A DNA stretch of 16,836 bases from assembly GCA_019057865.1 (NCBI GenBank), contig JAHLWP010000058.1, positions 1-16,836 of the forward strand, written 5' to 3'. Position numbers and translations under genes: made by a program. Position 1 is the stretch's first letter, and the number at the start of each line of letters is the position of its first letter. This DNA comes from Promethearchaeota archaeon (GTDB taxonomy: Archaea; Asgardarchaeota; Lokiarchaeia; Sigyniarchaeales; SOKP01). A model generated the notes under the pieces. It saw only the letters and a program-made list of their open reading frames with translations. It was not told the origin of the DNA and searched no databases. Shown here one piece after another: positions 7,622 to 16,014 of the stretch.

Positions 7622-9025
7622 TTATTCTTTTAATTTAAAAATAATATCATTTAAGTTTTTACGTGGTGGTGCCTTAACTGGCTTTAAAGGATATCCAACA
7701 GTAAAAAATGCCATTGGAATATAAGATTCAGGAAGTTTTAAAACCTCTTTTATAATTTCTTTAGTGAATAATGGAGCACAATACCAACACGCAGCTAATT
7801 TTTCTACTTCAAAAGCAATTAGTAAATAAATTGCTGAACAGCTAACACTTTGGATTCCTAATATAAATTCATTTTGTGAGCGCTCTTCATCTGGATATTT
7901 TTCTAAATCTCTCGAATCTAAACATAGGAGAATTAAGAATGGAGCTTCTAAGAAATTACTTCTTGTTTTGTTAATCTTATTTCTAATAAAAGATTCTGCT
8001 CTACCATCTTTTTCTAAATCAAATCTTAACTTTTCATTTATTTTATCAATTAACCTATTTCGTAAACTTCCTTTACTCAATATTACGTAACGCCAATGTT
8101 GTCCATTATGAGCACTTGGAGCCCATCTGGCAAGTTCAATACACTCTTCAATAATTTTTTTATCAACATTCTTTGAATCAAAACCAAATTTATAACTCCT
8201 TCGATTTTTTAGAATTCCTTTAGTGTTTTCACTAGTTCCTCCTCGAAATAAATCAATACTTTTTTCTCTTAATAGGGATTTTATTGATATATTTTCATTT
8301 AACTCAAAATCATATCCTCTAATTAAAATTATAGGAATTCCTTCATCTGCTTCACCCATGGCTAATTGTGCAGCAGAAGCAAGACTATCAACATGTCCTA
8401 TTATAGTACTTTGAAGTTCATAATCAAATAAATCTTTTTTTCCACGTTTATCTAATATTGGATTTATTCCAGAAACACCTAAAGCCACTCCAACTGCTCC
8501 AACTCGAAACGGCCTTCCAAATGAATCAGAAATTATTATAGCGACATCTTTATTTGTGAGGCTTTTAAGATTTATTCTAATATTTTTAGCATCTTCATCT
8601 GGATTACTAGGTAACAATCCCACATTCTCTTTCCCTTCAATATTAGATTTATCTATTCCAGCATTTGCACAAATAAATCCATGTTTCGTTTCTGTAATTA
8701 AGACATGTTCCACTTTTAGAATATCCTTTGATTCATCCAATATTAATTGAATTAATTCGGGGGTTTTTTCAGGAACACCTAAATTTTTTGCTTTTGACGA
8801 AATTTTTTCATGAAGTTCAATAGCTCTCAAGCTTGGTATTATTTCATTAAGATTTCTAATCCTTCCATTGCTCTTTGTAATTATTGTTTGAGCAATAACG
8901 AAAATATCACCATTCATAAGTTTCAGATTGTTTTTCTTTAAGGCTTCGAGAATAATTTTAGCAATATCATCCCCCTTCTTAATTAATGGAATCTGTTTTA
9001 ATCCTACAATTTGAATTTCATTCAT
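7622..9025 (-). CDS. cofE: Coenzyme F420-0:gamma-glutamyl ligase fused to a C-terminal nitroreductase domain (FbiB-like)
   Basis: CofE motifs 'IPLIKKGDD', 'HGFICANAGIDKSN', 'LLPSNPD', 'ISDSFGRPFRVG', 'MGEADEGIP'. C-terminal nitroreductase motifs 'NRRSYK', 'WAPSAHNGQHWRY', 'ACWYCAP', 'TVGYP'. ATG 9025 is preferred over TTG 9034. Confidence 0.93.
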   Translation of the reverse strand: MNEIQIVGLKQIPLIKKGDDIAKIILEALKKNNLKLMNGDIFVIAQTIITKSNGRIRNLNEIIPSLRAIELHEKISSKAKNLGVPEKTPELIQLILDESKDILKVEHVLITETKHGFICANAGIDKSNIEGKENVGLLPSNPDEDAKNIRINLKSLTNKDVAIIISDSFGRPFRVGAVGVALGVSGINPILDKRGKKDLFDYELQSTIIGHVDSLASAAQLAMGEADEGIPIILIRGYDFELNENISIKSLLREKSIDLFRGGTSENTKGILKNRRSYKFGFDSKNVDKKIIEECIELARWAPSAHNGQHWRYVILSKGSLRNRLIDKINEKLRFDLEKDGRAESFIRNKINKTRSNFLEAPFLILLCLDSRDLEKYPDEERSQNEFILGIQSVSCSAIYLLIAFEVEKLAACWYCAPLFTKEIIKEVLKLPESYIPMAFFTVGYPLKPVKAPPRKNLNDIIFKLKE

Positions 9026-9049
9026 AATAGTCAACTTAAATTGGAATTT

Positions 9050-10102
9050 TTATAAATTTAAATTTCTTTTAATATCAGAATTTTTACTCATAGCTAAATT
9101 TTCAAATTTCTTTGGAATAGCACAACAAGCAGAAAAATATTTTAATTTTATTTGAGGATTTTCCTTCATTAACCATTTTATTGTTTGTTTTGATGGTATT
9201 TCAATTCTTGTGATTCCTGCTTTAATAGCATACTTTTCTAGTTCTATTTTTATTGATCCTCTCGGACGTATACACCCAAGAGAAATCTCTGTATGAGGCA
9301 AAAGAAATCTAATCATAGCTACTACTTTTGCGATATCAAGTGCCTTTGGGGTTTTGAATTTAATAGATTTTTTTGGAGGGATTAACGCAATTAGTACTAT
9401 TAATGAGGGATTAATCTCAGAATCCAAGATAAATTTAATTGATTCTAATTCTTTATGGAGTTTTCCGTAATATAGACCTATACAAATATGAGGAACTATA
9501 TTTAGTTTATATCGTTTTAAAAGAATTATTGCTTTTTTATAATCCATTAAATTTTTATCTAAATGGTATATCTCTCTTATAATTTCCTCATCTAAATTGA
9601 TATCAAAAGAAACAATATCTACACCTGCTTCAGCTAATTTCTTAGCAGTAGCTTCATGTAATAATCCAGTATGGGTGTTTATTATTAAGTTAGTTTGACT
9701 TTTAATCTTTTTAATTGTATTCAAAAAACCCATTAATGGTACTGAACCATCTGGCTCACATCCTCCAGAAATTAGGGCTCCAACACCACCATTTTCATAA
9801 TGTTTCATTAAAAACAATTCCAAATCAAGATTGTTTAAGATTGGTTTCATTCCTTTCAAATATCTTTCATTACAATGTTCACAGTGAAGTGCACACTTAT
9901 TACCTGTAATACTTATTGCTGGAAATTTATTGGTAGGATTATAAACCTTCAATGTGTTGTTAAAATTCTGTTTGGTCATTTCATAAGCAATATTAAATAA
10001 TGGATCTATATCATCCTTGTTTAAATTTAAAAAATATGAAAAATCTGACCAAATAGCATTTCCAGATTTTATTTTATCAAGTAATTGTTCAATTTCACTC
10101 AT
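9050..10102 (-). CDS. lipS1: Radical SAM lipoyl synthase subunit LipS1
   Basis: CxxxCxxC 'CALHCEHC' in a 'SITG..C' context, 'LISGGC', 'PHICIGL', plus C-terminal 'GCIRP' and 'CC'. These match the GC(M/A)R and CC signatures described for archaeal-type LipS1. Overlaps the lipoate ligase-family gene by 8 nt. Confidence 0.85.
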   Translation of the reverse strand: MSEIEQLLDKIKSGNAIWSDFSYFLNLNKDDIDPLFNIAYEMTKQNFNNTLKVYNPTNKFPAISITGNKCALHCEHCNERYLKGMKPILNNLDLELFLMKHYENGGVGALISGGCEPDGSVPLMGFLNTIKKIKSQTNLIINTHTGLLHEATAKKLAEAGVDIVSFDINLDEEIIREIYHLDKNLMDYKKAIILLKRYKLNIVPHICIGLYYGKLHKELESIKFILDSEINPSLIVLIALIPPKKSIKFKTPKALDIAKVVAMIRFLLPHTEISLGCIRPRGSIKIELEKYAIKAGITRIEIPSKQTIKWLMKENPQIKLKYFSACCAIPKKFENLAMSKNSDIKRNLNL

Positions 10103-10874
10103 ATTTCTTTAACCAATTCAGATTTGAATATTTCTCATTAACTAGGTTTTCAGCTAAGTTAAGCTCATAATCTGAAAAATAACCCTCCTGTAATTTAATT
10201 TTTAAAATTTTTTCAAATCCAAATTTTAATGAGTTTACAAACTGCTTCTCATCATAATTTCTTAATTGATCCTTTATTCCTATACATTTAGCTCTAACAG
10301 ATCTGACCATCCTTGATTTATCAATATACTCAGGAACTTTTAAAACAGAATACATTAAATCAGGATTAATTTCTAATAATATGGTACCATGTTGAAGGAT
10401 ATGTCCTTTTTTTCTTACTTGGGCATTCCCAGAAAATTTTTTTCCGTCTAAAAAAATAGCAGGACAATGAATAATACCTTTTTCTGGTTCTAGCCCATAA
10501 TTCCTTAAACCTGCGATAACACCTTGCGTTATAATCTCAAATTGGTCTAAAATGGTTACTACATTTAAATTCTTTAAAAATTTAATAGGGCATACAATTG
10601 AATATGTGATTTCACCACGAAAATCATGAAATACAGCCCCTCCTCCAGTAATCCTTCTAACTACATTGAATCCTTTTTCTTTGATAAACTCTAAATCGAC
10701 TTCTGCTGATAAACTCTGATTTCTTCCTATACTAGCCGTTGATGGATTCCACTTGTAAAACCTTAAAGTATTTTGGGACTTTTTTTCAGAAACTGATTTT
10801 AAAATGGCTTCATCTAACGCCATATTCCAATAACCATTTCTAGTTTCAAAAGGTAAAAATCTCCATTTATCCAT
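10095..10874 (-). CDS. Lipoate-protein ligase / octanoyltransferase family protein (single catalytic domain)
   Basis: 'NMALDEA', 'TLRFYKW', 'RRITGGGAVFHD', 'GKKFSGNAQ', 'LQHGTIL'. No accessory LplB domain. Sits between lipS2 and lipS1. Confidence 0.92.
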   Translation of the reverse strand: MDKWRFLPFETRNGYWNMALDEAILKSVSEKKSQNTLRFYKWNPSTASIGRNQSLSAEVDLEFIKEKGFNVVRRITGGGAVFHDFRGEITYSIVCPIKFLKNLNVVTILDQFEIITQGVIAGLRNYGLEPEKGIIHCPAIFLDGKKFSGNAQVRKKGHILQHGTILLEINPDLMYSVLKVPEYIDKSRMVRSVRAKCIGIKDQLRNYDEKQFVNSLKFGFEKILKIKLQEGYFSDYELNLAENLVNEKYSNLNWLKKYE

Positions 10875-10891
10875 TGTTTCTCAAAATGTAC

Positions 10892-11893
10892 CTAATTAAC
10901 AAATCTATGCAATAAATTATAAATTTCTTCTTTTTCACTCATAGTTAATTCTCTTGGATAATTAAATATTGGTCCAGAGGGTCTTGAAGTATAATAGGGA
11001 CGATTACAACTAGGGCATCCTGAAGTCATAAAAGCATCATTGTCATCTATAATATTTTTTAATTCCAATTTATTTATATTAAACCTTATTACATCCCCCT
11101 TTAGATTAAAAGTAAAATCTTTTAAACTCTTTTGAGTATTTAAAATAAGGTATCTTCCAAGTTGTATTTTTCTGAATTTTAAAAGATCAGGTTGATTTAG
11201 ATTCTCGAGTTTGGTGCCTTTTATTGGAGTAAACGCGAATAAACTTACCTTTATTTTTAAATTATATAATTCCTTAATTAAATTTAATATATCTTCTTGA
11301 GTTTCTCCTAATCCTACAATTAAATGAGTAGTGACAAAACCACCAGAGAAAATTTCTAATGCATCTTTAAGATTTTGAATGTGTTCACCCCAATTATAAG
11401 GTCCTTTCACACCCTCACCTTTTATCATTTCAAAAATTTCTTTAGTTGCACCATCTAAGGCAATCCCTACTCTCTCCACACCAATTAATTTTAAACCTTT
11501 TAATTTTTCTATTGGCATTGGGGGAATTGCTATAGTTATAGGTATATTAGAATTTTTTTTAACTTGAGTTATAATTTCTATTAAATCCTCAAAATTTTTT
11601 GGATAATTCAATGTTTGTATACAAATTCTTTTAAATCTTTTAGGAGGAGGCATATAGGTAAGTTTTGTTAAAAAATCTTTAAAGGGAAACACTGGCCAAG
11701 TTACTCGTGATAACTTTTCTGTTGAACTATTTGAATTACGCGCTTGAGGACAAAAGCCACAATTTGCAAGACAATGCCCTGGTATATAAGTCATAATATA
11801 ACATGTTGTTGGAGGATCTATGAATTTTTTATTTTGATACAAACCTAATACTGATGCACTCCCAAACGAAACCCTAATTTTATCTATCGTCAT
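10892..11893 (-). CDS. lipS2: Radical SAM lipoyl synthase subunit LipS2
   Basis: 'CLANCGFCPQ' CxxxCxxC, 'LSRVTWP', 'THLIVGLGET', 'LFAFTP', and C-terminal 'TSGCPSCNRP', which matches the TxGCPxC(N/D)RP LipS2 signature. Confidence 0.88.
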   Translation of the reverse strand: MTIDKIRVSFGSASVLGLYQNKKFIDPPTTCYIMTYIPGHCLANCGFCPQARNSNSSTEKLSRVTWPVFPFKDFLTKLTYMPPPKRFKRICIQTLNYPKNFEDLIEIITQVKKNSNIPITIAIPPMPIEKLKGLKLIGVERVGIALDGATKEIFEMIKGEGVKGPYNWGEHIQNLKDALEIFSGGFVTTHLIVGLGETQEDILNLIKELYNLKIKVSLFAFTPIKGTKLENLNQPDLLKFRKIQLGRYLILNTQKSLKDFTFNLKGDVIRFNINKLELKNIIDDNDAFMTSGCPSCNRPYYTSRPSGPIFNYPRELTMSEKEEIYNLLHRFVN

Positions 11894-11964
11894 TTATTTT
11901 TCCTAATTTTTTTATCAAGTTAAGTTTTTTTCAAATAAAATTAAACTTATTCATAAAAAATTTA

Positions 11965-11981
11965 TTGAATAAATTATTCAA
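11965..11981. promoter_or_regulatory. 8-1-8 palindrome TTGAATAA-A-TTATTCAA in the divergent lipS2/leuS promoter region
   Basis: Perfect inverted repeat, with an extra TTATTCA half-site at 11947-11953. Confidence 0.45.
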
Positions 11982-12021
11982 GATTAAGTAAACTTTATTG
12001 AAAAACTTAGGTTTGGTTATC

Positions 12022-13041
12022 ATGGCAAGCTACGATCCACAGAAAATCGAGAAAAAATGGCAGCAGAAATGGGAAGCTAGCGATATATTTACAGTAAAAG
12101 AGGATCTGAAAAAAAAAAAGAATAAATATTATGTTCTGGAAATGTATCCATATCCTTCAGGAGAAGGACTCCATATGGGACACCTCCGGAATTACTCTAT
12201 AGGAGATGTTTTTACACGATTTAAAAGAATGTGTGGGTATAATGTTCTCTATCCAATGGGTTATGATTCATTTGGACTTCCAGCAGAAAATGCTGCTATA
12301 GACCAAAATGCGAATCCTGAAGAGTGGACTAATGCTAATATGAAATTAATGAAAGGACAACAGAAAAGAATAGGACTTTCTTACGATTGGACAAGGATGA
12401 TTTATAGCCATGATCCATACTATTACAGATGGGATCAATGGTTTTTTCTAAAAATGTTCGAAAGAAGCCTTGCTTATAGACAAGAGAGTTATGTAAATTG
12501 GTGTCCTAGTTGTGCTACTGTCTTAGCAAATGAACAAGTTCAAAGTGGTCAATGTTGGCGATGTAATTCTGAAGTGGAACAGAAATTTTTGACCCAATGG
12601 TTCTTAAAAATAAGAACTTATGCAGAAGAGTTATTAGATGGTTTAAACAAAGTGGATTGGCCTGAAAAGGTTAAAATAATGCAGAGAAATTGGATTGGAA
12701 AATCTGAAGGTTCAATAATCAAATTTCCAATTGCAGGTGAAGATCGAAGTATAGATATCTTTACAACAAGAGCTGATACATTGTTTGGTGCTACATTCAT
12801 GGTTTTCGCTCCTGAACATCCTTGGGTTAAAACTTGGGTAAAAAGTACAAAGTACGAGAAAGATTTCATAAAATTCTATGATGATGTAATGAGACAAGAT
12901 AAATTTGAAAGAACAGATATTGAAGTTATAAAAAAGGGAATGTTTATCAGAAAATATGCTATTAATCCTATGACAAAAGAAGAGATCCCTATTTACATTG
13001 GAAATTTTGTCATTTATGAATATGGCGCACTATGTGATTGA
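12022..13041 (+). pseudogene. leuS: 3'-truncated bacterial-type leucyl-tRNA synthetase (N-terminal ~40%)
   Basis: 'YYVLEMYPYPSG..LHMGHLRNY', 'PMGYDSFGLPAENAA', Zn knuckle 'NWCPSC..VLANEQV...CWRC', 'WPEKVKIMQRNWIG', CP1 'FTTRADT'. Homology stops at 'YEYGA', followed by LCD*. KMSKS and the anticodon-binding domain are absent. ATG 12022 is preferred as the start. Confidence 0.9.
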
Positions 13042-13191
13042 TGTAATTGATTAAACTGAGAGAGATAACATATTTTTTCTTAAATATAAGAATGACAGAA
13101 ATTCTAATATTGAAATAACAAGATAATAAATTTTCTTTTAAATGAAGTTGATAATAAAATTCAAAAAAATAAATTTCTTCTTTTTATATAA

Positions 13192-13214
13192 TATAATAAT
13201 AATAATAACAATAA
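13192..13214 (+). repeat. Short (TAA)n / AAT microsatellite-like tract
   Basis: tataataataataataacaataa in the AT-rich spacer after the leuS break. Confidence 0.4.
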
Positions 13215-13231
13215 TTTCAATCAAATATTAA

Positions 13232-13853
13232 TTGATTCCTATAGATCTTTTAAAAAGATTTCAAATAAGATTTTTTATTAGAGTTGATGTTGGCAAAGAA
13301 ACCTATGCTCATATAGAGGAATTACTAACAGACCTTAAAAAAAAGGTTTGGAAATGGGTTATCAATTGGATTTGCTTCAATTATACCAGGAGCAGATTCG
13401 AATTGTTCTTTTAGATCATCTTGTCTGACTGATGATGAATTAGCTAAATTTCCAACACTGTGGGAATTAGCAGAAAAGAGAGGTTTTAGTTTAGTAATGA
13501 CTCCTATTATAAAATATGTATATTGTACTTATTTTACAGATCATGCATTTATCATCGATCCCTCTCGGGATTTATATAAATGTGAAGGAATTGTTGGACT
13601 TAAAGATCATAGGATTGGAAAAATTGATAGAAATGGAAAAATTAAAATTAATTGTCAATATTATAATTGGTTATCAATAGACCCTCTTACAAGTAAGGAA
13701 TGTAGAAATTGTTCTCTTTTGCCTGCATGCGGGGGAGGATGTGCAGGAATCGCATATGATAAACACGGTACATACCACAAAACAGTATGTCATATGTCTA
13801 AACATTTAATAACACAAAGAATTAAATATCATTTAAAAAATCATAAATTTTAA
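13232..13853 (+). pseudogene. 5'-truncated, frameshifted radical SAM/SPASM-domain gene
   Basis: Removing one A from A8 (13337-13344) joins ORF 13232 to the frame of ORF 13497: IRVDVGKETYAHIEELLTDLKKRFGNGLSIGFASIIPG...YC...IDPSRDLYKC...IG...CRNCSLLPACGGGC...C. The SPASM CxxCxxxxxCxGGC motif is intact, but the N-terminal CxxxCxxC is absent. Confidence 0.8.
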
Positions 13854-13977
13854 TTTATAGTTTATTTTTAATTCATCTGTTAATTGTTTAAGTTTAAATT
13901 TCCCATAATATTGATTTAAAATAACTCTAAAAAAAATTGATATAAATTTTTTTAGATATTAAAGAAAATTTATTTAT

Positions 13978-14718
13978 TTATTTTGAATTTTTTCTTTTTT
14001 TCCTTGGTGGTTCTATATTTTTTTCACATAATTCATTGATGGGACAATCACTACATTTTGGCTGAGGTGCTTTGCAGTAATCTCTCCCTAAGCGTATCAA
14101 TAATTCATGAGCAAGTTGAAATTTATCCTCTTCTAAGTTCTTTTTAACTTTTTCTTGAATTATGATGTATTTATTTTTTTGATTTGTAATTCCAATTCTC
14201 CACAGAACTCTTTTTATGTTTGTATCAATTGGAAATAATTTTCTTTTACCAATATACACCAAAAATACTTCTGCAGTCTTGATTCCTATTCCTTTAATTT
14301 TCAATAATTGTTTTAAAGCCTCTTCAGTAGATTCTTTTAATATTGAACTTATATCTCCGTTATATGTCTTTAAAATATAGTTAGATACTTCAATTATTCT
14401 TTTTGCTTTAACATTATATAGTCCTCCAGAACGGATGGCTTCTTTAACAAAATCCTCATTTGCATTAGCCAAATTTTCTGGATTAATATCCCCTATAGCT
14501 TTTTTTAAACCAGAATAAGCAAGAACACAATTTCTATCACTTGTATTTTGCGCCAAAATTCCTATTATTATGTGTTTAAAAGGATCATAGAAATCCATTT
14601 TATCAATATTTCCCCCGATTTCCTCTAATGTTTCATTAACCTCTTTCCAAATTTCTTGATCTTGATATTTATTAAATAAGACCTGAAGAATATTTGTAAA
14701 TCTATTCGTATCTATCAT
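13978..14718 (-). CDS. nth: Endonuclease III family (HhH-GPD) DNA glycosylase with [4Fe-4S] cluster
   Basis: 'DPFKHIIIGILAQNTSD', 'IRSGGLYNVKAKRI', HhH 'LKIKGIGIKTA' with catalytic Lys, 'FPIDTN' Asp, and FCL 'CKAPQPKCSDCPINELC'. Confidence 0.92.
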   Translation of the reverse strand: MIDTNRFTNILQVLFNKYQDQEIWKEVNETLEEIGGNIDKMDFYDPFKHIIIGILAQNTSDRNCVLAYSGLKKAIGDINPENLANANEDFVKEAIRSGGLYNVKAKRIIEVSNYILKTYNGDISSILKESTEEALKQLLKIKGIGIKTAEVFLVYIGKRKLFPIDTNIKRVLWRIGITNQKNKYIIIQEKVKKNLEEDKFQLAHELLIRLGRDYCKAPQPKCSDCPINELCEKNIEPPRKKRKNSK

Positions 14719-14821
14719 CAATTAATTCTATTTATTAATACACTTTATTAAAGGCACAATCTCAAAAGGATCGAATGTTTGACATTCAATTAATTTAAAT
14801 GGAACATATTCAAGTAGGGAT

Positions 14822-15040
14822 ATGAGATCTATAAATGAATTAACAATTTACCAATATATAAAGATTTGTAATGCCTTTAAATCATTTGATGATAAATGGA
14901 ACCAGAAGATGATTTTGGTTGGACTAATGGATTTATTGAAGTTTGGAAAAAAATCAGGCACAGTAAGACCTTCTGATTCAGAATTAGAAATTTTTAAGAA
15001 AAACTCGTTTTATAAAAATTACACTTTCTTTTCCTTTTAA
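14822..15040 (+). CDS. Small hypothetical protein or gene fragment
   Basis: 72 aa ORF filling the nth/MBL gap. No recognisable motif. Confidence 0.3.
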   Translation: MRSINELTIYQYIKICNAFKSFDDKWNQKMILVGLMDLLKFGKKSGTVRPSDSELEIFKKNSFYKNYTFFSF

Positions 15041-15062
15041 AGAGATATCTTTATTTGTTGTT

Positions 15063-15977
15063 TTATGACTGAATATATTTAAAATATTCATTAATATAAT
15101 TCTTTACAAATTCAAGCTTAGGAGGATTATGCTTTTTGATTTTTTTCAATAATTTTTTTGCTTTTGTATTATTTGGGTCTAATTCCAACAAATAATTACA
15201 ACTATCTAAGGCATTATCGTATATTTTTAATTCATATTGTTTTACACATAGGTTATCCCAATCATCTTTATTATCAGGATCTACTTCCAATACATTATGT
15301 AAATAATTGCTCATCTCAATGCAGTTACTAATAAAGTTGGAAACCTTTTTCTTTCCTCTTATAACGCCCATATGACCTTCACATAATAGATCCAAATTTA
15401 ATTTTAATAATTTCTGCATAGATTCTTTGTATTTCTCTAAATCGCCATCCATTAACTTCAAAGGGCAGCCAATTATGTCACCACCAAAAAGAATTTTTGA
15501 CGTTTCAATTTCCAATAAAATAGCCATTGAACCTGGTGTATGACCTGGTATATGAATACATCTCAATTCATAATCTCCAAATTTTAACGTTCCAAAAGAA
15601 CCTTCTATATGTTTTTCTAATCTTATATGCTCAAAATCTCCATCAAGATAAGAAGATGCATTTTTATCTTCATAACCTTTTTTCTCTATCCAATTTGAGT
15701 CTAATTGATGAGCATAAAACTTAATATTCTCATTAATCTTTTCTAATTCATTAGCAATTCCAAAATGATCAATATGTCCATGAGTTATGATACAATGATT
15801 TATTTGTATCGGATCAAATCCAATCTTATTAATTTTTAATATGGAATTAATGTTCATACCTGTATCAATTAAGACTAAACCATCCTTAGATTGAGTATCT
15901 ATTAAATAAACGCAGCAATCGAATTCTCCAATATTAATTATATTTATACTATAAATATTGTTATATATCTCTTTCAT
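15063..15977 (-). CDS. MBL-fold metallo-hydrolase with C-terminal TPR
   Basis: 'LIDTG', HxHxDH 'THGHIDH', 'PGHTPG', 'LFGGD', 'EGH'. C-terminal TPR 'DPDNKDDWDNLCVKQYELKIYDNALDSCNYLLELDPNN'. Confidence 0.9.
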   Translation of the reverse strand: MKEIYNNIYSINIINIGEFDCCVYLIDTQSKDGLVLIDTGMNINSILKINKIGFDPIQINHCIITHGHIDHFGIANELEKINENIKFYAHQLDSNWIEKKGYEDKNASSYLDGDFEHIRLEKHIEGSFGTLKFGDYELRCIHIPGHTPGSMAILLEIETSKILFGGDIIGCPLKLMDGDLEKYKESMQKLLKLNLDLLCEGHMGVIRGKKKVSNFISNCIEMSNYLHNVLEVDPDNKDDWDNLCVKQYELKIYDNALDSCNYLLELDPNNTKAKKLLKKIKKHNPPKLEFVKNYINEYFKYIQS

Positions 15978-16014
15978 ATTACTAAAACTTCTGGAATTCT
16001 TACCAAAAGATAAT

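Noticed and set aside
8223-9909. Short + strand ORFs 8223..8414, 8556..8750 and 9715..9909
   Set aside because: Antisense shadows of cofE and lipS1.
9050-11893. Calling the two radical SAM genes biotin synthase (bioB) or lipA
   Set aside because: They carry the LipS1/LipS2 signature motifs and flank a lipoate ligase homologue. The LipA CX4CX5C motif is absent.
12618-12897. ORFs 12618..12869 (-) and 12712..12897 (-)
   Set aside because: Antisense to leuS, with no independent coding signal.
13030-13231. Intron, intein or programmed frameshift rescuing leuS
   Set aside because: All frames hit stops right after the break, there is no intein or structured-intron signature, and no downstream leuS sequence occurs in the window.
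14780-14782. In-frame TGA upstream of ORF 14822 as possible selenocysteine readthrough
   Set aside because: No redox motif context, no upstream start codon before nth and no recognisable SECIS.
15527-15724. ORF 15527..15724 (+)
   Set aside because: Antisense to the MBL hydrolase.
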